Below, piece after piece: positions 1 to 12,579 of a stretch of DNA of 64,000 nucleotides. The position numbers were made by a program, and so were the translations under genes. The notes beneath the pieces were generated by a model that saw nothing but the letters and a program-made list of their open reading frames with translations, did not search any database and had not been told where the DNA came from. Position 1 is the stretch's first letter, and each line of letters starts with the position of its first letter. This DNA comes from Macrostomum lignano (taxonomy: Eukaryota), in the NCBI GenBank assembly GCA_002269645.1, contig NIVC01001705.1:106115-170114 (forward strand). Reading direction: 5' to 3'.

Positions 1-625
1 TCTGGGATTCGGGATCAATCAGAGAATCTGGGATTCGGGATCAATCAGAGAATCTGGGATTCGGGATCAATCAGAGAATCTGGGATTCGGGATCAATCAG
101 AGAATCTGGGATTCGGGATCAATCAGAGAATCTGGGATTCGGGATCAATCAGAGAATCTGGGATTCGGGATCAATCAGAGAATCTGGGATTCGGGATCAA
201 TCAGAGAATCTGGGACTCGGGATCAGAGAATCTGGGACTCGGGATCAATCAGAGAATCTGGGACTCGGGATCAGAGAATCTGGGACTCGGGATCAGAGAA
301 TCTGGGACTCGGGATCAGAGAATCTGGGACTCGGGATCAGAGAATCTGGGACTCGGGATCAGAGAATCAGGGACTCGGGATCAGAAAATCTGGGAATCGG
401 GATCAGAGAATCTGGGACTCGGGATCAGAGAATCCGGGATTCGGGATCAGAGAATCTGGGACTCGGGATCAGAGAATCCGGGACTCGGGATCAGAGAATC
501 TGGGACTCGGGATCAGAGAATCCGGGACTCGGGATCAGAGAATCTGGGACTCGGGATCAGAGAATCCGGGACTCGGGATCAGAGAATCTGGGACTCGGGA
601 TCAGAGAATCTGGGACTCGGGATCA
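1..625. repeat. Intronic minisatellite, 26-bp unit grading into 22-bp unit
   Basis: TCTGGGATTCGGGATCAATCAGAGAA repeats, then GGGACTCGGGATCAGAGAATCT repeats. Confidence 0.95.
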
Positions 626-669
626 GAGAATCTGGTATGAGAATTTATAGATATGAGGCGACAACTCAC

Positions 670-954
670 CGATAAACCAGTCGAATATGGTGAAGATATA
701 AATTCCGCCCTGGGTGATGAGCGGCAGGCCCAGAAGGAACTCCACCATGCACATCAGGCCCACAAACGGAGTCTTGTATTTGCGCAGGTAGCGAGGAAAC
801 TCGTCCACAAACGAGGACGTCATTGTCTCGAACATGCCGAACTGCGAGTCCAGCCCGATGGTGATCAGCATCAGGAAGAACAGGATGGCCCAGAGCGGGG
901 CGACTGGCATTTGGGCGATGGCCTCGGGGTAGGCCACGAATACCAAGCCGGGGC
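670..954 (-). CDS. SLC6 transporter exon (EL4-TM8-TM9-TM10 start)
   Basis: GPGLVFVAYPEAIAQMPVAPLWAILFFLMLITIGLDSQFG...DWFI; CAG acceptor at 955-957, GTGAG donor at 669; gene continues beyond the left edge. Confidence 0.93.
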
Positions 955-969
955 CTGCGGGATGGGCAC

Positions 970-1215
970 GGGATCCACTCTGTCTACTTTCCACTGTCTA
1001 CTTTCCACTGTCTACTTTCCACTGTCTACTTTTCTCTCTGTTTACTTTCTTATGTCTACTTTTCCCTCTTCTACTTTCTTCTGTATACTTTCCGTTGTCT
1101 ACTTTCTTGTCTACTTTCCACTGTCTACTCTTCGCATTGTCTACTTTCCACTATCTACTCTTCGCATTGTCTACTTTCCACTGTCTACTTTTCGCATTGT
1201 CTACTTTCCTCTGTC
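970..1215. repeat. Degenerate TGTCTACTTTCCAC-type intronic minisatellite
   Basis: Repeats begin about 15 nt from the acceptor at 955. Confidence 0.85.
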
Positions 1216-1291
1216 AACCGTCTTGAATTTTGCTTACTAAAACTCATGTAAGCTAAGCAACAGACAGAATGCAACAACAGATGGAACGCAC

Positions 1292-1675
1292 CTTTGTCGA
1301 CCACATCACTCACTTCTTTGCCAGTCTTGTGCGCCATAAAGCCCACAACGGCAAAGATGACAAAGCCGCCAAAGATTGAGGTCAGGCAGTTCACGATAGG
1401 AACGACTATGGCATCTCGGTAGCAGTTGTTCTTAAACTTGTTGAAGCTGGACATAGTGATGAGGCCGCCCCAGGCTGGGCCCAGTGCGAAAAACACCTGC
1501 AGAGCGGCTTCATGCCAGATCTCCAGATTTGCTAGCTTACTCCAAACCGGGGTGATGTAGAATCGGATGCCTTCCCAGCTTCCAGGTAGCATGCAGTTGC
1601 GGACCATCAGGATAGCCAGGAACAGGTAGGGAGATGTGGCCGTGACGTACACCACCTTGCCGACTGACTTGACAC
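1292..1675 (-). CDS. SLC6 transporter exon (TM5-TM7)
   Basis: GVKSVGKVVYVTATSPYLFL...QVFFALGPAWGGLITMSSFN...NCLTSIFGGFVIF; CAG acceptor, GTGCG donor; phases fit the neighbouring exons. Confidence 0.93.
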
Positions 1676-1779
1676 CTGCGGATAAGCGATTAAAGCAGTT
1701 CGAATTTTATCCCCGATTTCTGCATTTATCCTATTTGTTACTACTTTATCCCAATTATCCCAAAGTTATCGTATTTATC

Positions 1780-2330
1780 CCAGTGATACCCCTCTTATCC
1801 CCATCATTCCCAAATTATACCTATCTTATCCCACTTATCCCATTCTATTCTATCCCAATTATCCCCATCCTATCCCATTTATCCCCATCTTATCCCAATT
1901 ATCCCCATCCTATCCCATTTATCCCCATCTTATCCCAATTATCCCCATCCTATCCCATTTATCCCCATCCTATCCCATTTATCCCCATCTTATCCCAATT
2001 ATCCCCATCCTATCCCATTTATCCCCATCTTATCCCAATTATCCCCATCCTATCCCATTTATCCCCATCTTATCCCAATTATCCCCATCCTATCCCATTT
2101 ATCCCCATCTTATCCCATTTATCCCCATCCTATCCCATTTATCCCCATCTTATCCCAATTATCCCCATCCTATCCCATTTATCCCCATCTTATCCCAATT
2201 ATCCCCATCCTATCCCATTTATCCCCATCTTATCCCATTTATCCCCATCCTATCCCACTTATCCCCATCTTATCCCATTTATCCCCATCCTATCCCACTA
2301 ATCCCCATTCTATCCCATTTATCCCTATTA
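1780..2330 (+). repeat. 20-bp minisatellite ATCCCCATCCTATCCCATTT
   Basis: Direct inspection; source of spurious ORF 1636-2301. Confidence 0.95.
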
Positions 2331-2939
2331 TCATATCCAATCTATCCCATCCTACCTTATTTATCCCCATTTGATCCCATTTATCTCAATTCTATCACAT
2401 TTATCCTATGATACCTCATTTATCCCCATTCCGATTTATCCCAATTCTATCGAAAACACATCACATTGATAAATTTTCAACCATGGATGACCAGGCATTA
2501 ACATCTATTGTTGAGTTGTTAAACTTTCGCGCATCAGCTACCAGGCTATTTTAAACTTTTAAAACTTCAAACAAAAATGCGACCGTTGAAGATCACTGAC
2601 TGAGACTTATAATTTTCACCCCAGGAATTGCAGTCAACTTATCAGATTGAACCGAATTTCGGGCTAAAGAATTATTGGCCAACTTCCGGAGTTCAAACTA
2701 ATTTGCCCGAATATAGTTCACGATTTGTTAAAACTTTGCCTGTCAGCTTAAAGTTGAAAGATTTCTAAATTTTCCATCAACTCCTATTCGTGGAAAAAAT
2801 CACAGATAACCCAAAAATTCCATTCTGAAAGGCTGTAAAATTTTGCAAGCGTCTTACGATTTTTAATTGACAATAAATGGCATAAATTAAATGAGATAAT
2901 GATTAATAATGAGACAGAATAGGTATAAATAAGATAGAA

Positions 2940-3245
2940 TAGGTATAAATAAGATAGAATAGGGATAAATGGGATAGGATAGGGATAAATGGGATAGGAT
3001 AGGGATAAATGGGATAGGATAGGGATAAATGGGATAGGATGGGGATACATGGCATAGATGGGATAGGGTGGGGATACATGGCATAGATGGGATAGGGTGG
3101 GGATACATGGCATAGATGGGATAGGATGGGGATACATGGCATAGATGGGATAGGGTGGGGATACATGGCATAGATGGGATAAAATGGGGATAAATGGGAT
3201 AGGATGGGGATACATGGCATAGATGGGATAAATGGGATAGGATGA
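2940..3245 (-). repeat. Inverted, diverged copy of the same 20-bp minisatellite family
   Basis: AAATGGGATAGGATAGGGAT is the reverse complement of the 1780-2330 unit with 1 mismatch. Confidence 0.85.
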
Positions 3246-3323
3246 GGATAAACTCCCCATCAAGAGATTTGCCAACACCAGAAGCGGGAGTCAGGCACAG
3301 AAGCACACGGAGGACGAACTCAC

Positions 3324-3436
3324 CCTTGCACAGGCAGGCGAAGATGAGAAGCCAGGCTCCGATCAGGGACAGCAGGAGGCCCCAGTGGATGCTGCCCAAA
3401 TTGTCGATGCCATCGGATTGCTTCAGAACGCTGTAC
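3324..3436 (-). CDS. SLC6 transporter exon (EL2 end-TM4)
   Basis: YSVLKQSDGIDNLGSIHWGLLLSLIGAWLLIFACLCK; CAG/GTGAG boundaries. Confidence 0.92.
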
Positions 3437-3580
3437 CTGTAGAAGAGATGGAATATCATTAGTGAGATGTCAATATGAAAATCGGTTACAGTAGTAGTGG
3501 TAAAAAACTCATATTTATTATGCCTATGGTTGGCATCCATCTTAGTTGCATGTCTATGGCCGAAACCCCTGACTTCTCAC

Positions 3581-3917
3581 CTCCAGAATTCGTTGGACGA
3601 AGTCTGACTGTAATTAACATGCAACGGTGTGCTCGAATTGCACCTCGGATTTGCTGGCCAAGTGAAATTTGGCATCAATTGTTCCGTCAAGTTTCTCAAG
3701 TGTTCCTCAATTCGAGTCTCGGTGCAATTGCAGGTGTTGAAATCGTTGTCACACGAGTCCCAGGGAACTCTGGCGGCGAAACTCAGCACCAGGTAATAAA
3801 TCACCCAGGTGAGAATGATATTGTAGTAGATGCAGACCAAGCCGCTGATGATTATCATGCCCCAGCCGACGCCCTTGAACAGGGGACAGATATCCCACAG
3901 AGCAAGCGGTGACGCAC
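3581..3917 (-). CDS. SLC6 transporter exon (TM3-EL2)
   Basis: ASPLALWDICPLFKGVGWGMIIISGLVCIYYNIILTW...PWDSCDNDFNTCNC...EFWR; CAG/GTGAG boundaries. Confidence 0.93.
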
Positions 3918-4661
3918 CTGAAACTCGTGGTGTTAAAATTAGTCAATTTTTACACGTAGTAATTTATGCTTTTCGAAAGCATAGAGGGGGGGGGGGGCGG
4001 ACAGCTTTGAGTCCATTTCCTGCTTTGTGCAATATGAATCCTACATGTGATTCGTCTGGTAGAATTGCACTTTGATTTATAGATATAGCTCGGGTCAATA
4101 AAAGCTTGTTTTATGTTAGCAACAGTCTCTGCAGGTTAATAAATGAACTGCATGACCCTGAGACAGAAACAATACAAGGGGATCTGCGAGCATATTATAA
4201 ATGATCAGACACTGACGTTCAGGATTTGGAAAACTTTGACAGCATAATCTTGAGTAACTAATTAGAAAAAATGATAATTTCATAGTTTGTCAAGTTGTCG
4301 GGGAAAATTGCCATCCAGCAATGATGCTATGATTATTACAACTGTCTTGTTACGATTTGTCAAGATGTCACTTGGCTAATAATCATAGTCACGGCTACAG
4401 CAGGGATTTTATGCTGTAAACTTCCAAATTGCTATGCTAGAGAAAACTGCTGAGAGAAAGCAGAACAATCACAAAGCTCCATCGAGGCTTAAACGAAAAC
4501 TGGCTCACGTTGACCTGACTGAAGTCAAGCAGTTCTGTGCAATCCAGAGACAGCCAGTTTAAAGCGGTTATTATTCGTAAAAATTTAAGCCTTTTCTTCT
4601 TGTTTTCGTGGGGTTGGGCGAGCATTTCCACAGATTTTCCGCAAGCTATACGAGCTAGGAG

Positions 4662-4662
<1 letters not shown>

Positions 4663-4708
<46 letters not shown>
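4663..4708. repeat. (CT)n microsatellite
   Basis: Direct inspection. Confidence 0.95.
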
Positions 4709-4713
<5 letters not shown>

Positions 4714-5673
4714 TCTCGTTCAGAGCAACTAAGATCGGAGCTCTCAAAAACTTCTAGAATATTTGTACACGGGTCACGAGTTTAGCGAGAGAAATGAAAA
4801 ATTAGTGGGTGTTGAGAGAGTTTGCCTAAGACTTATTTATACCTCTCTTTGCCATCTTGCCTCTCTCTTCTACTTTTTCTCTCGCCTAAGCGCCAGAGGA
4901 TTCGTATCTTCAAAATTGGTACACAAAATGATGAGAGTAGTCGGAACTGACACAGACATAGAGAGAGTAGAGACTGCCTGTCTGCAACACATTTCCGACT
5001 AAAAATTTTATAAACTGATCTGCGATGTTGCGCGTGCCATCCACAAGAAAAAGACAACTGTTTAATAGGAGCATATATAGTGAATTATGATAGCATTAAT
5101 CTGAAACAGCGCATGTAGTTAATTACTGGGCACCGTTGCCTCACTGGTCAACTGCCCCCAGGGTGGCGGACGCGGCTTGCTGTCAGAGCTCTGCTGCCCA
5201 GCTGCGGGTCCAAACTCGGCTCAACTCTGACCGGCTCGACGCTCTCTGGCTGAAAATTTTGCAGCGAAATGAGGAGAGGAGAAACGGGCGCACCGATTGC
5301 TGCTCCTAGGGGAGATGAAGAGCTGCTAGAGAGAGGCTGGCAGGCGAATGGACAGGCAGACAGACAGACATCCAGACTGTCCAGCCAAGGAGTCCTTTAT
5401 ACATGAAAGTGACACAAGTCTGATTTTTCCTCAAGCGGGGGAAATTCGGGTCATTCAGCAAGCATGAGAAGTTCGCATATTTCCAAGCTGTATTCAAAGT
5501 GCCAGAGCTTATCAACGTTTTAAAAATGAAAATCGTCCATTTTTGCAATGCGAGCTAAAAATGTCAATCACATTTTTTACTTTTTCAGCTCCAACTAAAC
5601 TATTAGTAACTGAATGACATGGATTGAGAGGAAAAATGGTCCTGTGTCACTTCCAAATAGGGAGGACTCCTTG

Positions 5674-5675
<2 letters not shown>

Positions 5676-5765
<90 letters not shown>

Positions 5766-5877
5766 CACAGACAGACGGACAACAGTCAGACACACAGACA
5801 GACAGACGAACAACAGACAGACACACAGACAGACAGACAACATACAGACAGACAGAAAGACAGACAGACAGACAGAC
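5676..5877. repeat. (AGAC)n microsatellite
   Basis: Direct inspection. Confidence 0.95.
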
Positions 5878-6325
5878 GTAAAATCGTAGAGAGGACTCAT
5901 AAATAGACAACAAAGCTGCTCACGTGTCTCTGCTTGCTTCGTAAAACAACTCTACCCAGTACGTTGTCGGAAATCTCGAACTTGAGAAAGCAAGAAGCAA
6001 CAGGAATGACAGTAAATCAAATATTAAAAAATACACAAGCTTTAAAAATATCTGGGGAGCAGAACAATGTGCATGTAAATATATGAAAAACGTACACTTC
6101 TGCTCAGTTCCCTCTAAGTACATTTAGACTTATAGTGATTGGCTGACGAAATGGAAAGAATAAGGGGAGAGCGGAGCGGCGAACAGTGCAAGTCCAGCTA
6201 ATTGAGTTTAGATTGAGAAGTTTAGATAAAGTCATTACTCAGACGAAATCAATTAGAATTGGATTAGAGTTATTAAAAATGAAAAAACAACCACTGCGCC
6301 GAGAGGCCCCTCGGCGGCTGCTCAC

Positions 6326-6444
6326 CCGAAAATTGTCCGATCGCCAGTTCGAGAAAGAACAGCGGCACTCCACAGATTGTCATGAAGACAATGTAGGGGA
6401 TGAGGAATGCGCCGCCTCCGTTCTTGTAGCACAGGTAGGGAAAC
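6326..6444 (-). CDS. SLC6 transporter exon (TM1b-TM2), absent from the ORF track
   Basis: Hand translation [39 protein letters not shown]; CAG acceptor, GTGAG donor; phase 2 in, phase 1 out. Confidence 0.93.
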
Positions 6445-6474
6445 CTGAGGGGAGGCGGGTGGAGTGACTGTTAT

Positions 6475-6511
6475 TTGTCTGCCTGTCTGCCTGTCTGTCT
6501 GTCTGTGTTAG

Positions 6512-6574
<63 letters not shown>

Positions 6575-6673
6575 GTCTGTGTGTCTGTGTCTGGATATCT
6601 CTCTGTCTGTCTGTCTGTCTGTCTTAGTGTCTGTCTTAGTCTTCGATTCTTATAGACTTAGTGTCTGTCTGTA

Positions 6674-6706
<33 letters not shown>

Positions 6707-6899
6707 TAGTGTCTGTCTTAGTGTCTGTCTGTCTTAGTGTCTTAATGTCTGTCTGTCTGTCTGTCTTAGTTTCCGTCTGTCTGTCTGTCTTAGTGTCCGT
6801 CTGTCTGTCTGTCTTAGTGTCTTAATGTCTGTCTTTCTGTCTGTCTGTCTGTCTTAGTGTCTCTCTGTCTTAGTGTCTTAATGTCTGTCTGTCTGTCTA

Positions 6900-6942
<43 letters not shown>

Positions 6943-7030
6943 TAGTGTCTGTCTGTCTGTCTTAGTGTCTGTCTGTCTGTCTGTCTGTCTGTGTCTGTCT
7001 GTCTGTCTGTCTGTGTCTGCTAGTCTATCT
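6475..7030. repeat. (GTCT)n microsatellite filling an SLC6 intron
   Basis: Direct inspection. Confidence 0.95.
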
Positions 7031-7051
7031 GTCCTGTCCAGTCCGTCTTAC

Positions 7052-7269
7052 CTCCAGATGGAGCCGAAGCCCACCGCGTATCCCACGCAGCTAAGGATGA
7101 AGTCCATGTGGTGCGGCCAGTGCTCCCGCGGCTCCACCAGCGAGTCCAGGGTGGCCATCGTGTAGGACGACTGGGCGATCGCGGCGACATCGCGACAGTC
7201 GGAGTCGGCAGCCGGCAAGACAGCGTCGGGGTCCTCGTTAGCCGGGCCGGCCCCATCCTGTTTGCAGTT
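7052..7269 (-). CDS. SLC6 transporter exon (N-terminus, TM1a); amino-acid transporter type (glycine/proline-like)
   Basis: [26 protein letters not shown]; Gly at the TM1 position that is Asp in monoamine transporters; GTAAG donor at 7051. Confidence 0.9.
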
Positions 7270-7449
7270 CTGCAAGGAAGGATTTGAGAATGAAGGGGGG
7301 GCGTAAGGAATCGCGATGCGAACGGGTGACGGATGAACTCGCGTAGCTCGGAGAAGTTAGTGACAGAAGCAAAAGATAAATAAGTGGCAGAAAAAGAAGT
7401 CTAAAAACAAGAAAGATAGTGTGCGAAATTGTAACACAAGAAAGAGGCG

Positions 7450-7960
7450 TGAGTGTGACAGAAGAAGGAAGCGTGAGTGTGACAGAAGAAGGAAGCGTGA
7501 GTGTGACAGAAGAAGTAAGCGTGAAAGTGTGACAGAAAGAAGTAAGCGTGAAAGTGTGACAGAAGAAGGAAGCGGGAGAGTGTAACAGAAGAAGGAAGCG
7601 TGTGACAGAAGGAAGCTTGAAAGTGTGTCAGAAGAAGGAAGCGGGAAAGTGTGACAGAAAGAAGGAAGCTTGAAAGTGTGTCAGAAGAAGGAAGCGGGAA
7701 AGTGTGACAGAAAGAAGGAAGCTTGAAAGTGTGTCAGAAGAAGGAAGCGGGAAAGTGTGACAGAAAGAAGGAAGCGGGAAAGTGTGACAGAAAGAAGGAA
7801 GCGGGAAAGTGTGACAGAAAGAAGGAAGCGGGAAGTGTGACAGAAAGAAGGAAGCGGGAAAGTGTGACAAAAGAAGGAAGCGTGTGACAGAAGGAAGCGT
7901 GAAAGTGTGACAGATAGAAGGAAGCGGGTGACAGAAGGAGGCTTGAAAGTATGACAGAAA
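7450..7960. repeat. Purine-rich minisatellite (GTGTGACAGAAAGAAGGAAGCGGGAAA-like)
   Basis: Direct inspection. Confidence 0.9.
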
Positions 7961-8525
7961 GAAGTAATGCAAAGAAACAGTAAGCACATCATACAACAGA
8001 ATTAATTACCAAAATATTAATTTTGTTGCTACGGGCTAATTGCCGTGGAGTAGACAACACGACGTCAAGCTCTCAATTTCAGATGCCAAAAAATGAAATC
8101 AGTTGAACAATTAGGAAATGGTTTTGTGCATTCATGCATCTTGTGTGACCTTGGTGAAAAAAAAGTTGAAACTTTCTAGGTCATAAAAGGGACAAGAAGA
8201 TTAGGGCGCAGCAACAACTGTTGTCTTTAATTGTTTGATGGTCGCAGCTGATATAGTATGTACCAACACATGTGATTCAATAGATACAGCATTGCTATCC
8301 CCTGCGGTGCGATCTTGCCTGTCTCTGTGCTAGCAATTCCGCTTCCCACAAGGCCAACAGGGGGTGTCTGCAGATAGACAGACGACTGTACTGTTGTAGA
8401 AGAAGAGAGCTTGGGGAGGGAGAGAGAGGGGGGGGGGTAAGGGGAGGCGAGTTGGTGGAAAGGAAAGGAGATGATGCTTGTGGAAAATTCCAACAGCATT
8501 TTTATTTATTCCACTAAGGGCCCAC

Positions 8526-8588
8526 CCAGAAGGGGCAGGGGGAGCCTCCGCCTCCTCCATCCGCTGGGCCGTGTGTAGCGTGGGCCAT
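8526..8588 (-). CDS. Candidate first coding exon of the SLC6 gene
   Basis: ATG at 8588, MAHATHGPADGGGGGSPCPFW, GTGGG donor, phase 0 matches exon 7269; a TTTTTAG acceptor lies about 25 nt upstream. Confidence 0.35.
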
Positions 8589-10244
8589 GTTGCTGCAACT
8601 GAATTCCAACGACTAAAAACTGTATTAGTGTGGTCCCCGATAATTCTGTAAGACTATAATTCTCATAAAATATCGATCATATATTAAGCAAAAAAAATTA
8701 CAATTGTAAAACTCAGCTCTGCCGACAATAAAAAATATTGATATGCTTGTGCATTTTCTGCATAAAAAACCAGACAATTGCTTCTGCGTCAAGCACGAAA
8801 GAAGTTGCTGTTTACTATTCTTAGGGAGGGTGTTTAGACTGTTTATTTTGGTGTTTACTAAGCTTTGCCGCTTTGGAAACAATAAACAGTCAAAAAAGAC
8901 TGGAATAATGAAGCAAAACTTTTCAAGTTCAATTCAAACTTTTCTTACCTTTCTAGACCACAGGTCTGTGATGTACTTTTTCAACGGCATCGCGCGCAAC
9001 TTTGCAACCTTTGCAAATCGTTTCTAACTCAATTTTTGTTCAGTTAAGGTTTCCAGGTTAAAGATAATTCAAAGAGGAAAGAAGTTTCGTGGCAGATTCA
9101 GCGTATTTATCAGTCTATAGTTAGCAAAACTGTCTAAAATACAACAGGGTGCGCACTGAGTACTGAGTGAATGGCGGTGGCGGGCCGAAGAACCCTGTTA
9201 CTCCAGTTGCTTTAAATATGAAAAATTGCCAGACCGACACTATACCGCTCAGGCGCCTCCCCCCACCCACCCCTCCGCAAGCGCTGAAGAATCTTTGGGT
9301 CTTGCTCCCCACATGGGGCAGGAGGCAGAATAGAGAGAACTGCCTGCTGTGCGCTTGTGCCCGTCTGCACTGGGGGAGGGAGGGCGGCTGTTTGACCCTA
9401 AAAACTGCCAGCACCCCTCAGCCAATGAAATAGGCCGCTTGGCTCCTATTCAAGCTTGCACTGAGAATTATACTTGCCCCCCCCCCGGCCTAGAAAATAC
9501 AAGCTGGAGAAAAGGAGAGAGAAAAGGGAGAGAGCGGAGGGAGGAGAGAGGATTGCGGGGTTGGGGAAGTTCAATGTGACGCATTTTTTCTGGGCTTGAG
9601 GAGACAGGCGGGACCCGCGATCACTCTCGCACGAAGGGAGCGCGGACAGGGTTGTGCGCACAGGGCTGGGCCTAAGTAAGAGAACAGGCAGGCTCTGTTG
9701 GAAATTTCCACAGGCGAACAAACAGGCGATTCCATATTGGGGGGCGGCTCAGCAAAGTAAAGAGATGGCAGATTTTTACCTTCATCCTCGCTTACCTCTC
9801 GTCCATTTGCTAAGCAGCTAAGACAGAACCTGCGCGCTGAGGCCCGCTACCTAACTTGCACTATTATCTAGTTTTTACCCGACTAATTGTCCCTCGGATT
9901 CCCATCTCGTGAAAAAATCAATAAACTTTATTTGTGGGATTCCCCCACAGTTTGTTGTAAATGCATGCGTTTGCTAGATTAAAGCAACAAATTTATCTGG
10001 AAATGACATGCAAGATCAAGTCGAATAGGTATTTAAGATATCAAAGCTGGCATGTTTGGGAGGCAGTTACATCAAGCATATCTATCATGCATAATCATGC
10101 ATACAGTAACAGGGGTCGGCCAACTTTTTTATCTCAAGGGACAGATGAGGAAGGAAAGCAGAGGGAATAAAGGCCAAAGAGGAGAGAGAGAGAGAGATGA
10201 TCATGAGATGAGATATGGTTTCAGAAAAGATGAGAGGGAAGAGA

Positions 10245-10800
10245 AGAGATGAGAAAATATGAGATGAGAGAGGAGAGAGGAGAAAAGGGAGAGAGGAGAG
10301 AGGAGAAAAGGGAGAGAGGAGAGAGGAGAAAAGGGAGAGAGGAGAGAGGAGAAAAGGGAGAGAGGAGAGAGGAGAAAAGGGAGAGCGGAGAGAGGAGAAA
10401 ATGAGAGAGGAGAGAGGAGAAAAGGGAGAGAGGAGAGAGGAGAAAAGGGAGAGAGGAGAGAGGAGAAAAGGGAGAGAGGAGAGAGGAGAAAAGGGAGAGA
10501 GGAGAGAGGAGAAAAGGGAGAGAGGAGAGAGGAGAAAAGGAGAGAGGAGAGAGGAGAAAAGGGAGAGAGGAGAGAGGAGAAAGGGAGAGAGGAGAGAGGA
10601 GAAAAGGGAGAGCGGAGAGAGGAGAAAAGGAGAGAGGAGAGAGGAGAAAAGGGAGAGAGGAGAGAGGAGAAAAGTGAGAGAGGAGAGAGGAGAAAAGGGA
10701 GAGAGGAGAGAGGAGAAAAGGGAGAGAGGAGAGAGGAGAAAAGGAGAGAGGAGAGAGGAGAAAAGGGAGAGAGGAGAGAGGAGAAAGGGAGAGAGGAGAA
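10245..10800. repeat. GA-rich about 22-bp minisatellite
   Basis: GAGAGGAGAGAGGAGAAAAGGG repeats. Confidence 0.95.
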
Positions 10801-12579
10801 AAGGAGGTAAAAGAGTTGAGAAAAGACCTCTTAAGCGGGCCGAAGCTGCCGACCCCTGCTCAGCAAATTTCAAAAATCTTTCTTGCGAAATCAAATATCC
10901 CCTGGAGCCGACCATTGGCCTAAAAGTACAAAAAAGTTATTTTGAAACTACAAATCAAACATAGGATTCTCGATATTTCTCGATGTTTTGATTTACCAAT
11001 ATCAAGAACCAGATGTTTAATTATGCTAATAAGCATTTTAAAATGGAGTTGCTTTAGTAATTGTGCTGCTGACCTTGTCTTCTCTGTATTAAAATGCTTG
11101 CTTAATCATCAGTTGCAATATGTTAGTTGGTGAGCCACTCGATGCTAACTGAGGTTAAAACTGTAGACAAAAAACGATATTGTCGCAATATCTGGCCACT
11201 TAATACCCCGCACGATTCCCTTCCCTATCGAAATGTAGAAAAACTTTCCGCTGGCGGACTTCGGCCTCCGAAAAAAGGGGCCTCGATTGAATTGGAGCGT
11301 CGCGGTGACACCAATATCGTTTTCGGCTTGCTTTTCCGCTTCAGCTATTCCCGCGGCATACTGCACCGCCCTCACCCAAGTTAAGATAAACAGAACGACT
11401 TGAAAGAGATTTTACGCTAGTTTTTTATATTGTAATTGGCTTGAATAAATTTTCTTTATCAGATCTGGGCCGGCGCCGATGTGACGGGGGAGACAAGCAG
11501 CTCCATTCGTCAAGTATTTGTTCATGCAGCCATAAAAGTTGTTTAAGAAATGTTTATCACGTGACGGAAGCGTGCCCTACATACACCTGAGAATGGTTCC
11601 CGAGAAACCAAAGTCACTTACAGGCTAATTTTTAATATTCAATTTTGCACTCTATAGGCGTTGTCACGAGGCCTTCTCGACGCTGTCTTGCACTTGCACC
11701 GTAGCACCAGGCGTAGCTCTTGTTTTGCATTAATTCAGTGCGGTCGGAGCTGCCAGAATACAAAATGCACAGTTGAGGGCTATGCGCGACTTTGACTCTC
11801 TGCTAATAGTGCACGCTGCATGACCTCTCTCCCACCAACTCCTTCATCTCTCCTCTCGTCCACCCTTCTGTCTCTCACTCTACCTCAGTGAAATAAAATG
11901 AACAATAAAACCACCCTAAGTCACGTGGTTCGTCGCCGTCGGTCATTTTTGCAAAGTTTCTTTTTAATTTGACAATATAGCCCAGATTCGGGCAAACTGA
12001 ATATCAAATACAGCTCATTAATCATTTCATTTCTATTCACTCGTGAGCGTGTGTAGAGCAAAGTTACTCGTTAACGGAGCGCTCTTGAACTCATGGCGCC
12101 CAAAATTTTTTGGTCTTGTCTTCTGTTCTCAAACTTAGTTGTACCAGTCAGTTGAATTGGGCTCTGGTTGCAGCGGGGCTGCGCAGGGGACCAACAATAT
12201 ATATATAAATAAATAACACTTGAAGCCAAAATGCAAGTAAATGCACCAGGCTTATTGTGCATTTAACTGTGTATGAGAATTTTTAGTTTAGTCCTATAGT
12301 ACGTTAGGTTGTCAGAGGGCCGAGCGCTTAAACCCTATGGCTAATAGAGTTTAGCACAACTGGACAAATTTGGGTGCAGCTGACCATGCACAGGGGAGGG
12401 TAGGTTCTCTGTGAGTGCGCACTACTTATTTTCTTGTTGAGCGAACCTAGCAAAATTGGCATGGTTAATTACTAAACCTTACTCCATATTTTGGTCTGCG
12501 TTTTAAACTACGTCTGGTATCTCTGTTTCTACTTGTTTGTAGCTTCTCTCTATGCTTGTGCATTTGTCTACTTCTCTAT

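Noticed and set aside
5145-5249. GC-rich exon-like segment in an SLC6 intron (minus, TTTTCAG acceptor / GTGAGG donor)
   Set aside because: It has stops in all three frames and the flanking exons already join in phase; at most a UTR or poison exon, with no support.
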